DNA from: Pseudovirgaria hyperparasitica
Taxonomy: Eukaryota
Length of the DNA stretch: 64,000 bases
NCBI GenBank assembly: GCA_010093815.1
Contig: ML996566.1
Direction: 5' to 3' (one strand)
A model generated the notes under the pieces. That model saw only the letters and a list, made by a program, of their open reading frames with translations. It made no database searches and was not told where the DNA came from. How positions within the stretch are numbered: the stretch's first letter is position 1; each line of letters opens with the position of its first letter. The position numbers and the translations under genes were made by a program. Below, one piece after another: positions 12,800 to 26,720 of the stretch.

Positions 12800-13777
12800 G
12801 AAGTGAGCAAGCGTGCAAACACGAGACGCTCCAGTAAAAAAAAAGAGGCATGTTTAGATCGTAAAAGATTTGAAAAATAAATTTGTCCCAAGATTTCATG
12901 CTGCATACACACATACATACACATATACATGCACGCAAAACCAGGTTCTTGCACGAAAGTATAATATATTTACAAACAGATCGCTCCTCAAACCCTCGCT
13001 GCCATAACGGGCTTGTTTACCTCCTTCATACCTAACTACCAGCGCGGACCGTTGTCCATCCTCGCTTGTCCTCGCTTGTCTTAGACCCCAGACCTCAGAC
13101 CTGGATCTCAGAATCCAAGAAGAGAGAGAGAGAGAGAGATTCAGCCAGACCATCTTTATCCTCCCCCCTCCCTTCCCCACTCCCTGGTCATGAACACACA
13201 GTCGCAGACAGAATCAAGCCATACACATCACCAATGCATGCGCGCCCCCCTTTCCTCGAAACCATCATCAGAAATAGCTACAAACACACAAACGGACACA
13301 CACCTGAGAGAAAAACAGCGCGATTCCAAGATTGGGCTCGCTAGAAACGTTTCGAGAAAAAAAAACCAGATCGATGTAAAAGCCCCCAGTAAGGGAAAGA
13401 TTTCCGTAAAAACAAAACTCCCGTGTAATGCTGCTGCTGCTGCTGTTGCTGCCGAAAAGTGGTATCTCAGGTCCTCTCCCGTGTGTGCCCAACAAGCCAA
13501 AAAATTAAAAAGAAAAGAAAGGACTCCAAAAAACACCTACAAGATCGTCCTCGCCACATCTCTTTCTGTTCTCCTCTCCTCTCCTCTCCTCTTACTCCTT
13601 TCAAAAGCTACCTCTACCACCTACATACACTGTCCACAAGATTCGTCATGTTTGCTTTGATATCCGCTTGGATCTCCGCCTTTAGGACGGTATATAGATA
13701 TTGAAGTTGACGAATCGGCACGGTGCTGCTGCTGAGGTGGATTTTTCGAAGTCAAGGTTGCGAGCTGGGAGTTCGAA

Positions 13778-13840
13778 TGGCCTGTCGTGCTGGTAGTCCG
13801 AGTGGTCTGTCGTGCTGGTAGTCCGAGCGGCCTGTCGTGT
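13778..13840. repeat. 25-bp minisatellite, ~2.4 copies (CTGTCGTGCTGGTAGTCCGAGYGG)
   Basis: Direct repeat read from sequence. Confidence 0.8.
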
Positions 13841-13866
13841 CGGCTCATTCGCTCTGTAGCTAGCAT

Positions 13867-14222
13867 ATATTCCAAAGGAATCATAAAAAGATGCAATGTT
13901 TTATCTAGCGCCCGCTAGCGCCCTCACCAAAATCACGTCTAAAAACTCACCTTTTGCCACATATTAAATTAACCAGGCCCTAATTCAAAAATCTGGTCCC
14001 CAGTTTTGTAGCCCTGCCTACGACGAGTATTTTCATATACTTTTTATCCTCTGCAGGGCTATACTCACGGACGAGATAGGTTTATAAGCCTCTGGTATCG
14101 CGTTTGGTAGCAGCTTGAAAATTCGCACGTCTTAGCCGTGGATTTTCCGGCGTGCCTTAGTGCCTTAGTGCCTTAAATTGAGACTGCACGCAGTCTGCCG
14201 GCCGCAGGCCACCCTAGTATAT
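13867..14222 (+). mobile_element. 356-bp non-autonomous element, Helitron-like (copy 1)
   Basis: Reverse complement of 41823-42178 with no mismatch seen; no TIRs; 3' end has hairpins AGACTGC-AC-GCAGTCT and GGCC-GCA-GGCC, then ACCCTAG followed by T; 5' hairpin ATTCC-AAA-GGAAT; no coding capacity seen. Confidence 0.75.
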
Positions 14223-14295
14223 ATATATATATATGCTTCGAGGAGGCTATCGTGACGATGATGATGTGGAATCACAACTCGCGTGTCGTGTCAGC

Positions 14296-15732
14296 TCACT
14301 CAATCAGGGGCTTCCTTTGGCCCTGTACCATAGCTATACCAAGCGCCCGATACCCATGTGGGTTGTCGGCCCCGATGATCGTCGGTGCCGGTAGCATTGG
14401 GTTATCCTCACTGACGGTGGCTGCGTCTCTGGCAGCATGCTCGATTGCCTCCATCTCTTCCTTGCACTGGGTGTGATCAAAGGGGCAGACAACGATCGGT
14501 TTTCGGAGGACTATGTCTTTGGCCGAGCCCATTTGTGCCTGCCGACGAATGAATGTTTAGAAACTTGCGGTGATTAAACTGCAAAATGAAATGAGCTTAC
14601 CTTGACAGTCAGATAATATTCAATCTTGTAGAGCGTCCCTGTTGTTGAGAAGCCATTGATCTGATACATCGGAAACTCCTTCTTCCCTCGCGGCAGCACA
14701 CCCTCACTATCGCGTAGATCCTTTGCCGGGAACACAAATCCCACATTCGTAAAATAGCCGGCCTCTGGCATCTTGACTCCAATGGCCTGTGTTGTCTTTG
14801 CAAACGTCCGGACTTTCCGAGACGGCTCGTCGCCCTCGTGATTGTATATGACTTCCTCCTCGACCGCGACGGTGATTTTCTGTATCGTAACCTTCTTCGC
14901 CTTCGCCATCCAGTCCGGGTTGGGGCTGAGCTTTATGTAGACGCTGACAGGATCGCCAGGCCCGTAGGACCACCGCGGCAGGGAAATGCCCAACGTCACC
15001 AGGTGATCCGAGACGACCTCTGCGGACTCAGGCCGGTTGTACATGCCGAAGGTGGAGAGAGTATCGTATCTCATTATTGGTACCGGGAATGCGTATTTCT
15101 TCTGCTCTGACGGGCCCTGCTGAATGGTGACGACGAGCTCGTAGAAGGTCTCCACCGTCCTGGACGGAAGCTGTAGACTGGCCGGTGGTACCCTCCGCGC
15201 CACCTCTTCGCCACCCCTGCCAAACGGGATAAAGATCATGAATGGTAAGTCCATCACCAGAACGCTGTCGTATTCCCTGCCAGTCGCACACCGGTATAAG
15301 AGCATTTCCTTCCCGACCGTATCAGCTATATCCTTCCGCGGCGCCGCCAGATGCCTCTTCGTCACTGACTCGGCAGACGGGTGTATCGATTCGCGACGCT
15401 GCAGACATATCGTAACGAGGGAAATGAGTACCGGGGCACTGATGCCCTGCTGAGGTCTGATCTCGACCTTGCCCACTATCCGGGGCTGACTACGCCGTCA
15501 GTATGCACACAAGAACAACGACATGTACGTGCAATGCAAAGTAGTAAAAAGCCACAAGAAGCACCGACAATGCGACCACGAACAATTGCTTTGCGGAAAG
15601 GGGCGGAAGGGGGGCAAAGGGAGATAGAAAGACAAGAAAGGAAAAACCACCCACCCGCGTCGCCGATATCCCCGGATAACCAACCAAGAAACTACTATTC
15701 GGCGACCCAGAGACGCGCACAAAAGCCGCCAT
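14296..15732 (-). CDS. Arrestin-like domain protein (3 exons)
   Basis: MAAFVRVSGSPNSSFLVGYPGISAT..PRIVGKVEIR; LPRWSYGPGDPVSVYIKL; FSTTGTLYKIEYYLTVK; beta-sandwich pattern typical of fungal alpha-arrestin-like proteins. Confidence 0.78.
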
Positions 15733-16726
15733 CCTTCCTTTTTTTTCTTCCCCTCTTCTCTCTTTCTGTTCCTATTCTATCGAGGAGGGTCGGGAGGCCT
15801 GTATGGGCTGTGAGGACTGCATGGGTCAATCAATGCCGTTCTGTCGCCTTGGGCCCCCGCGTGGTAGATATGCTTATGCTTATGCTTTCCGTGTGCGTGT
15901 GCGTGTGATGTATGTCGTGCGATCGACCAGGCACAGGCAGACGAGCGAGGGAGTGAATGTTGATGTGTGGATGTCGATATGTGTATGAAAAGCGCCGTCG
16001 CAGAATCGAGATCGAGATCGAGAGCCAGCGCGGCTTGAGCAAAGAGCCCCTTGGGCGAGGCAAAGGCACAGGATGCTCCAAGGCTGGTACCAGGCGTGAG
16101 GTGGGAGGACGGTGGTGTGTGGTGTTGGACGGGGATATCAAGAGCTTAGTGGGGGTCCTTGAGGGTGGTCTCTGGTCGAGAGGAGCGGCGGGCTGAGAGA
16201 GAGCGCACAGCGGACACGCGGGATTCGACGTAGTGAGGGAGCCTTGGAAGAGAGGACTATACAGCTTAGATATATAAGGATAGATGGTGGTGGTGGTGGT
16301 GTTGAGAAAGCGAAAGGCGGAGTAGCCAGGCAGGTAAAGTGAGCAAGTAAGTAAGTAATACGCAACCTTCGCAGGACAAACGACGACGACCTGATTTGGG
16401 GCGGCGTGCGTGCGTGCGTGCGCAGAGCACAGGTAGGAAGTAGGCAAGTAGTAAGTACTAAGCAGCCAAAGAAGCTTGGAGGAAGGGGAAGGCGCGCCTC
16501 ATACCTAGGTGGAAGGGACGATTGGGAGGCGCTGCTTATCCGGATCCGGACGCTCAGCCTTAGCGCTCCCGAAGAAGCCCCAGGCCGCCAGCCCTAATTA
16601 ACGCACGGACACGGTTCACTTCACATGCAGAAGAAATGTCACCGTCTGCTGTATAAATACACTTTGCGACGACGGCGACAGCAAATACCACAGCTATGCG
16701 ACTTGTGGTACCTCACCACCTCCACC

Positions 16727-17418
16727 ATGTCAGTCACGGTAAGCTCACCCCCAATCCATCCCTCCACAAACCTCACTCACCCACTCACTCACTCTCTCCA
16801 AAAACACAGCTCCACACAGACGCCGGTGACATCAAGCTCGAAATCTTCTGCGAAGCCGTCCCCCAAACCGCAGAGGTACGTCCCTCAATCCCCCCAAATT
16901 CCCATCGTCCCCTCTCCCCTCTCCCTTCCCACCATCTAACCCGCCCTCCACAACAGAACTTCCTCGCCCTCTGCGCCTCAGGCGCCTACAACCACACGCC
17001 CATCCACCGCCTAATCCCCGGCTTCATCCTGCAAACCGGCTCGCCGGCCACAGACCCCAAGTCCAAATCCTCCGTCTCCATCTACACCAACACCAACAAC
17101 AACACGTCCACCAGCCCCTTCTTCCCCGACGAAATCCGGCCCACGCTACGGCACAACGCACGGGGGGTGGTCAGTATGGCGAATAAAGGGCCGAACACGA
17201 ATGGGAGTCAGTTTTTTATTACGTTTGCGCCCGCGCCGCATCTGGATGGGCGGAATACGGTTTTTGGGAGGGTGATTCAGGGGGCGGGGGATGATGGGGA
17301 TGGGGATGGGGATGTGCTGGGGAGGTTGGAGCGGGTGGAGGTTGATGGGAAGGGGAGGCCGAGGGGGAGGGTTGTGGTTAAGGGGGTGACGGTGCATGCG
17401 AATCCGTTGGCGGGGTGA
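16727..17418 (+). CDS. cyp10: Cyclophilin-type peptidyl-prolyl isomerase (PPIL3/Cyp10-like)
   Basis: MSVT|LHTDAGDIKLEIFCEAVPQTAE|NFLALCASG..HRLIPGF..RHNARGVVSMANKGPNTNGSQFFITF..HLDGRNTVFGRVI..VTVHANPLAG; introns 16739-16809 and ~16875-16955. Confidence 0.92.
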
Positions 17419-17822
17419 GGGGTGGTGTGTTATATGGACGGGTGTCTGATTTGTGCGGAAAAGGGGGGGATGCGAGGAAGTGAGTGTCTGGGAGTGAGGT
17501 CGGGCCTGACGTCCGCATACTGCGCGGATGAAGACCTCTCAACACCTGGAGCGCACGTCGACTCACTCAGTCGGGCACCATCACTTGCCAGCGTCAACAT
17601 ATATAAACCCACAGGAGCAGCCAGCCCACGCACGAGGAAGCAAGCCAGAATCCACAGCATGCAAAGCAAATAGCAGAGCAGACAGTCGAAATAATAGACA
17701 ACCTCCAGCATCCACTAAGTACACAGACACACGGAACGCACACCTTGTCAAACCCAATAATATCAAGCAGTAAAAACACCCTCATCCCTCACTCAACCCT
17801 CAATCCTCACAGCATGCCCCTC

Positions 17823-19658
<1,836 letters not shown>

Positions 19659-19891
19659 CTAGAGAAGTTGCAGCGTGTGGTTGAAGGCTTGTCGTGAGAG
19701 AGGTAGACTCGAAGAGAGAGACAGAGTATAACAGGCCGTTCTTGTCCAGTGCAGCAGCAGTGATACCTAGCAGTATATATACTGCCCTACTGCCCGCTGC
19801 CTGGAGAAGTCGTTACAGCTCCGATAGCGAAGCATGACTCCCAATCCATAGGGAATAGTGACGCAGCCGCGTGAATGAACAGTCTCAAGCC

Positions 19892-20262
19892 TCAAGACAG
19901 CCTCACACCCTCCATCTTCTCCGTCACATCGCCCACTCCATCGCCCTCAGCCGACCCATTCGCCACCGTCATCGCCATTGCAGCATCACCACTACCAATA
20001 AGTGCCCGAATCTGCGCATTCACCATCGCCTCCAAGCTCTTATACTGCGCGCTGTCCGGCCCAAACGTGTCCTGTGCATTCTGCAGGTTGGCCTTTAACT
20101 AAAGGCAGAAGAATATAAGAAAAGTAATCGCTTTGAATGATGATGCTTGCTTGAGAGAAAACGTTCTTCACGAAGAAAGAAGAGGGAAGAAAGAAGGAGA
20201 GAAGGAGGGAGAGGACGTACAACAGCGACAAAATCGGCAGCAGCAGAATTTGATTGCGGCAT
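19892..20262 (-). CDS. Small hypothetical protein (82 aa, 2 exons), absent from ORF track
   Basis: Exon 20262-20221 MPQSNSAAADFVAV, intron 20220-20099 GTACGT...TTTAG phase 0, exon 20098-19892 LKANLQNAQDTFGPDSAQYKSLEAMVNAQI...EKMEGVRLS*. Confidence 0.6.
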
Positions 20263-21639
20263 TGCGTTCAGGTCCTTCCGTCCGATCGTCTTCTAACAAC
20301 GGAAACGGCGATGACGTGATTGACTGTGGATGTGAAGCGTGGGTGCGTGACCTTCCAACCTTCAATGTGAGGTCGTGGTCGTAGGAAATTCTTAGCTTGT
20401 CGAAGAGAGGAGGCGATACTGGTACTATGCACTAGCGTGCTGGCTTGCCCAATTGAGAAAGAAGATCGACCAGGCAATAGCGAATTCTTACCAATTCAAG
20501 TCATATCAAGAAGCCCAATGAACGTAAACAAGAGTCACTCATCACCAGATAGGCCGTCACCGTTTCAACCCGCTGCATGGTGGGAGTATCGTAAAAAACC
20601 CACCTGCAAGCACAACAAAATACACAGTAATACACGTCACGAGGCAAGAGCAAAAGATCACATAATCTTGGCTTCCATTGGTGTTCCAGCCCCCTCCCTC
20701 CAGTAACTATATACAGAAGTGCATCTCCCTCCGACTTCAGCATACCCCACTCCGACGTCCATGATTCGCACTGCCAGCAGATATTACAGCCACTGTAGCT
20801 CGTCCCCCCCCCTCCTAGCACTCTTCCGTCCTCCTCAAGAAAAAGGCCTCCAGCGACGTCGACACACGCGCGGCATGCATTACAAGTCAAGTCAAGTCAA
20901 GTCAAGTCAAGACAGAAAAACAGAAAAAGGGTATAAAACGCAGGATGGAACTGCCGCATCGAGGGTCGTCGAGCCAAAAGAACAAGGAGCAAAGGAGCGT
21001 CGTGACAGTTGGTTCGAAGAGAGAGATAGCGCGCGTGCGTGCGCAAGACAGTATGATAAAATGTCAGACCTGAAGATAGGAAAATACCACATGCATAGGG
21101 ACAACGTATGTATGTATGTTTTGATTTAGCAGGTACAACTACATCGATGACGGGTGAGATGTAGATAGCTGTGTACTGCAGACGGATTCGAGGAGTAATG
21201 AGATAGTCGTGCCGGATGTGGTGTTGGTGCTAGAGCATGCCTCGACATTAGATGGCTGAGAGCATGTTGATTAAGATGCCGTATTAAGCGATTATAGTAT
21301 GGTATAGCGAGTCGCAGCAATGCATAAAGGCCAGCGAACCCATCAAACTCTGGATTCAACGAGGCCGCCCGCTGTGAAGATGGATGGTGAAAAGTGGGAA
21401 GTGTGTGTGTTGGGGTGTTGTTATTTGCGCTTCTTCGGAGAGGTATCGAATGACTGTCGACGCGGGTCTACACGCAACGTTGAAACGGAGCCAAAGGACG
21501 GCAGCGACGGTAAGGGACCGAATTTTTTGATTGGAGAAACATGAACGCCATCATCGTATCGGCATGAATCGGGAGGGGAAATAGTAGTCGACACAGAGAA
21601 TTTCGCTGGGAAGGGGAGTTAGCATAAGCGGAGAGGAGA

Positions 21640-23655
21640 CTATGGTGGTGTTGATGTTCTTGGCGGGACATTACCACCGTGGGGGTCTGGAGCCTCGCCG
21701 GTGGTGTCCCCGTCAATAGTCTTCCGCCAATGCTGTGGTAAGCAGACGCAGACGAGCTACGAGAAACGTCAGTCAGATCGACGGTATCACAAGCAGGGTT
21801 TGGGAGAACTTACTGGGAAAGCTTTGATCTCGCCGGTGGCGGGTACAGGGCTGGGGCCTCCGCCGTTGCTGACACCACTGTCCCTCTGCTCTTGTCGCCT
21901 CCTCTCCCATGCTTCTGCCCTTTCCGTCACCTTTACACCCGTGGCCCAGCCATCATCCCAGATACCGACGACTTTGAGCATGTCACCACGCTCGAGTTCA
22001 AACTCGTCGTTGGCGCGTGGCTGGTATGCCCATAGTGTCGCTACTGTGTCGTGCGGATGGATTTCATCTTGGGAGTAGTAGTCCTTGAAGAAGGCCAGCT
22101 GCTCTGATTGACCAGATGTGACCGCGTCCGGTGAGGAGAACTGATCGCCAAAGCCGGAAGACGTCTGAGGAGAGTTGGGGTCCTCGCCGAGGTTCAGTGC
22201 CGACTGGCTTGAGAGCGAGCCATTGCGGCGTGGCAGGCCACCGGCAGCAACGATGCGATGACGATCAGGACTACCTGATTTGAAGCCACGCTCAGAGGAT
22301 GGAGCGTCGCTTCGAGGCCGCGAAGAGGTCGAGCCATCCTCTAGTGCTGCCATGCGAGCAACACGGCCAGGAACCATTTCAGGGCGTGCACCATCTCCGA
22401 ACGGCTTCTCGCGACTGGACCCCCGGCGAGCTGGAGAGGGCTGGTTGAAGATGCTGCTGGGTGGGTTCGACTTTCTCCGTCGAAGCAGAACGCAGCCAAA
22501 GATGATGAGTGCCATCAAGAGGAGAGCTCCTAGGACTGAGCCCACGACGATCCCGGCAATCTGACCTGCTGATAGAGTACCGTCATCACTTGCGACTGGT
22601 GCGGTACTGGCTGAGGAGGTTGGCTGGGCAATGGTGGTGGTAGTGAAGAGCGGTTCTAGTGAGGTGAAGGATGGCAGGTCAACATTCTGGCACCTTGACT
22701 CTGCATTGGCATTGACGCAGCAGGAATCAGTCGCGTTTGGGGAGCTGGTTCCGCAGAAACCGCATAGGCCGGAAAGGTTGCTGCCGTAGCCGCAGTCATT
22801 TGGTTCATTGTCGACAGCACTGATACAGGTCCCTCCAGAAAGCGAGCGTGCTGGAAGCGCACAGTTTGTGAAGTCGGCACGTATCTGAGAAAGGGCGTTT
22901 GGACCGGCTGAGCCACAAAGGTCTGAACTTGCGGAGATTTCTTGTTCTGAGATGGCGTACTCGGCCTGCACCTGTCAGCTCGCTCACATGGCACGACTGG
23001 GATAAGAGAACATACACAAGAGTCTGCACACAGTGGCTCTGGGTCCCGACTGGAGTCGCACAAGCCAATTGAGTTTTGAACGATAGCATTACATATTACA
23101 CTGTTGGTATAACGCGCATAGAGATCGGTGGTGTTGTCGAGATTGACAGAGGAGCATCCAATAAGCTGCTGATACCTGCGACGTGTGGTTAGAGGGATGC
23201 GCGCAAACAGGACGGTGAAAGATGTACTTTTGCTGGGCGTAGCTTGACGCGACATAGGTCTTGAGATCGTTGTCAAACTGTTCCCGACTTGAAACGTTCT
23301 GCATGAAGGGACTGTGGGGCACGTCAGCACTTTGTCCATGCTCGCATAGCGTCCAATTGGATGTGTCTTACAAGAGATTCGTGATACTGGTCCCTGTCGA
23401 CACAGAGGCCGAGCTGAAGGCCGGACAGGCAGACGAGCCCTCGAGCGAGATGCAATTTTGAGCCATGGCAGACGAAGTCAGAATCAACAGCGACGAAACC
23501 GATTTCTTCAACGAGGGCCGCGAGCAGGACTGGCGGGGGCGGAGAGTCGAGGGTCGTAGAATTTGTCGTGCAGTAGTGAGCGACGGCGCCGGAAAGTGTA
23601 GTTGCTTGCAGGAGGTGTGGCGTTGCAGAGCATCGGAGCTTGGTCCCTCGGCCAT
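21640..23655 (-). CDS. Single-pass membrane protein with Cys-rich ectodomain and cytoplasmic SH3 domain
   Basis: CISLEGSSACPAF, Cys-rich region, TM GQIAGIVVGSVLGALL..., SH3 LWAYQPRANDEFELERGDMLKVVGIWDDGWATG...IKAFP|LVCV; several GT-AG introns; start codon uncertain. Confidence 0.88.
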
Positions 23656-24297
23656 GGCGGAGGACTATCTGGAGAGCAAGCAACAGACGACGTCCGTAAC
23701 AGTGACGGTCGCGTCGAGGTGAATGGATGTCTGCGGCCAGGGATTGCTATTGTCCATGCACTCTATTCACACATACACACAAACACGTCTCTTTCTCTAT
23801 TCAGCAGTCCATCCGAACAGTAGGCGAACAATTGGCTTGGGCGGTATGCGATGCGACCGACGACAGAAGGAATTGGCGAAAGTCTGATGGATAAAAGGCA
23901 CAGAGGCGTAGAATTGCGGTGAGAAAGCGAAGACGACCGGGGTGGTGGTGGTAGTTGTTGTATAGGGAGGGATTGGACCAGTTGGATGGAACGAGTGACT
24001 GAGTGAGCAAAAGGTGTGCGCTGCGAGGGAAAGAGGCAGGCAGAATTAAGAATTGAAGAGAGCAAGCACGCGCCGAAGAAGAGAAAGCGTGATGGCAAAG
24101 AGCCAAACGCGCTGAGGATGACGACTTGACGGGCAGCAGCGACGAGAAGAAGAAGAAGAAGTACGAGGGAGAGAGGGTGAGAGAGAGAGAGAGTGGGAGA
24201 GGTATTAGGAGTGGTAACAGTAGGCGACGACAAGGTCTCTGCGCACTCTCTAGCCCTGGTAGGCTGTTGTAGCCCTCTAGCCCTCTAGCCGTTTTTT

Positions 24298-24298
<1 letters not shown>

Positions 24299-24338
<40 letters not shown>
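24299..24338. repeat. (CT)n microsatellite
   Basis: Read directly. Confidence 0.9.
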
Positions 24339-24339
<1 letters not shown>

Positions 24340-24751
24340 AAGCAGCCTCAGTCAAGTCAGTCAATCAGTACCCAGCCAGTCACCAGTCAGTCACCAGTCA
24401 CCCGCCATTCCGCTCAGACTCCAACCTAGCATAATAGCACATAGCAGCAAGATCCTCATACTGGTCTTTTTTTCTTTCGCCCGTATACAATCAGCGCCCG
24501 TTAAGCGGATTCAGGAACAGACACGAGATGCACCGTACACGATTAATTCTGGGGACTTCGGCTGCACTTGGACCCCTTGTTTATGGCGCACTCTCCACCA
24601 TTCCTGGCACGTTTCAGCCCGCTGATTGGTTGGCTGTCGTAACTATGCCTAATCGGGGAAATTGCACTGCCCGAAACGCACAAGCGGCCGTCTGAACCCT
24701 GTAACTGCTCATTTCAAAAATTGATATCCCACGCTCCACCGAAGAAACGTG

Positions 24752-24800
24752 CCTGCCGCTTGACTTGAGTGCTCCTGCCGCTTGACTTGAGTGCTCCTGC
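24752..24800. repeat. 22-bp direct repeat x2.2 (CCTGCCGCTTGACTTGAGTGCT)
   Basis: Read directly. Confidence 0.85.
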
Positions 24801-25759
24801 CCTATTGGTTTTCGCCGCTTCCGACACTCTGAGCGCGGATTAATGAATGAATAAGTGAGCGAGCGAATAAGTAATTGGATCAACTGTTTACCCACCCAGC
24901 AAACCAGCACTCTCCCTCCGCGATATATGCAATGCATGTACGAGCTATAATATGCATCGTATCTCCGGCTCGGCAACTTTGTTACAAGTATTACAGCTTG
25001 ATGTCAGGCAGGTACCGAACAACCAACTACACGCATGCACCCTTTTTCTCCTCTGTCCGTCCTCTCTATCCGCTCCCGTCCGTCCGTTCGTATCATCACT
25101 ACACATATCTACATGGAACATCCATTCAAATCCCATCCTTGATGATGAGCCTGTGCCGTATCGATATCTCCCCTATCAGTAATTATCAACCCTTCCCTAC
25201 TGCCCTTTGTCCATCATCCATCCTTCATAATCCGCTATCATCCCATCATCCGTATTGACCCAGCTTTCACAACTCCCATCTCCCTCTGTGCTCGCATTTA
25301 CATAATTACATCCTGCATGACGAACAGCAGCGAAATTGCCCTGCACAACGTCAAACACTAGCCTGGCTGGCTACTACTAGCTGGCTGGCTGGCAGCCTGG
25401 ACGTGAGTGAGTGACTAACTAGCTAACATCACGCTATCATAGGTATAATCACGCTCCTGCCTCTTATTACAAAGACTCCACTCTGCCGTCCATCACATCA
25501 CATGATCCACACCCTGTCCATCCTAGGCAGGCACCCTACCGCTCCTCTGTCTACCCTCCCTTCTATCATGCCTTCGTCTACCATTCGTTTGATGCCTCGA
25601 TGCCTAAGGGATTCTACGTGCCTAGTTGCCTGCCTGCCTGGCTTATGTTACACACCCTATCCACATATACACTACCTGGTAGGCATGGATTTCGTAGATG
25701 GTGTTGAATGGGCTTGGACATGTCACAGCTCTCGCAGTAGAAATCATTTTGGCGCTTGG

Positions 25760-26720
25760 GGATCATGTCAAAATACTTACACAATCTTTCAGGCTTCGTG
25801 ACATGATAGTGACCCTTAGCATGATGAAACTCTTCATATAACGCCAAGTATAATTAACATTGCATGCAAAAGAAGCGGAGGAGGCATGTGGGCGCAGTTT
25901 GATCTTCATGAGGAGGCCCTTGTGAAATTTCGCCCACATGCGCCTCTGATCCATGGTAGTCATGGAGGAAGAGGTTGTTCCCTTTGACCTCTCAGGCAAG
26001 ATGCTATAATGGCTTGCTCAAAAGCTACAAGTCACCCTCAGTGGGCATCCCATCATCGAGATTGCAGGACTCGTGGGCTCGGGTCTCCTGTTCCCTCTGG
26101 TGCGGTGGTTCGTCTGGCTGTGCGTCGCCGAAGTGCACGATGGTCGGTTACCAGTGATTGCTGCTGTAGTTGGCCAGGTAGGTGCTCGAACATGTCGCGT
26201 TCGTGGATGCGATATGCGGTCTCTACGATGATCATGATCGGGTATATATTGCTTGCTATCTCTGTGCGAGTCATGCAGTCTGGCGTCCCGATATGTACCT
26301 GCGCATGGAACGTTACAGTTCTCCATACGGTGTCATATAGCTGGTCCATCTGCTCGAGCTCGTCCTTGGATAGATGTTCCGTGCGGGCATAGCGCCTGTA
26401 CAGCTGCCTTAGAGGTTTGGCCGTCGTTGCCTCGAATCTTGGAGGAATCCAGTCATATTCCTCGTCCGTGGAGATCAAGCCTACTATCTCTAGGCTGATG
26501 TAGCCTGCATATAGCCTGTAGTGATGGGCTCGTTGTTCGGTGTTGACGCCCGACGGGTATTCGGCAGCCAACCAGACTGCTTTGGCACTTCAAAGAATTA
26601 GTAGATTATAGTTAGTTCGAAATATATCATAAATTTACTATTACTTAGTTCGTAAGCTCTTCGCGGATAGAGTTATAGTAATTAAATATGTTATAAGCTT
26701 AGAGAATCTAGTAGGAATTA
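25760..26720 (-). pseudogene. Orphan ORF (26053-26571) with RIP-damaged 5' region; possible pseudogene
   Basis: 172-codon open frame without an ATG start; upstream 26580-26720 is TpA-rich with stop codons; downstream frames are broken. Confidence 0.35.

Noticed and set aside
12896..13896. Short ORFs between ZPR1 and the element, and similar ones at 38047-38731 and 23763-25258
   Set aside because: Microsatellite-rich UTR/intergenic sequence giving low-complexity translations with no splice-supported gene model.
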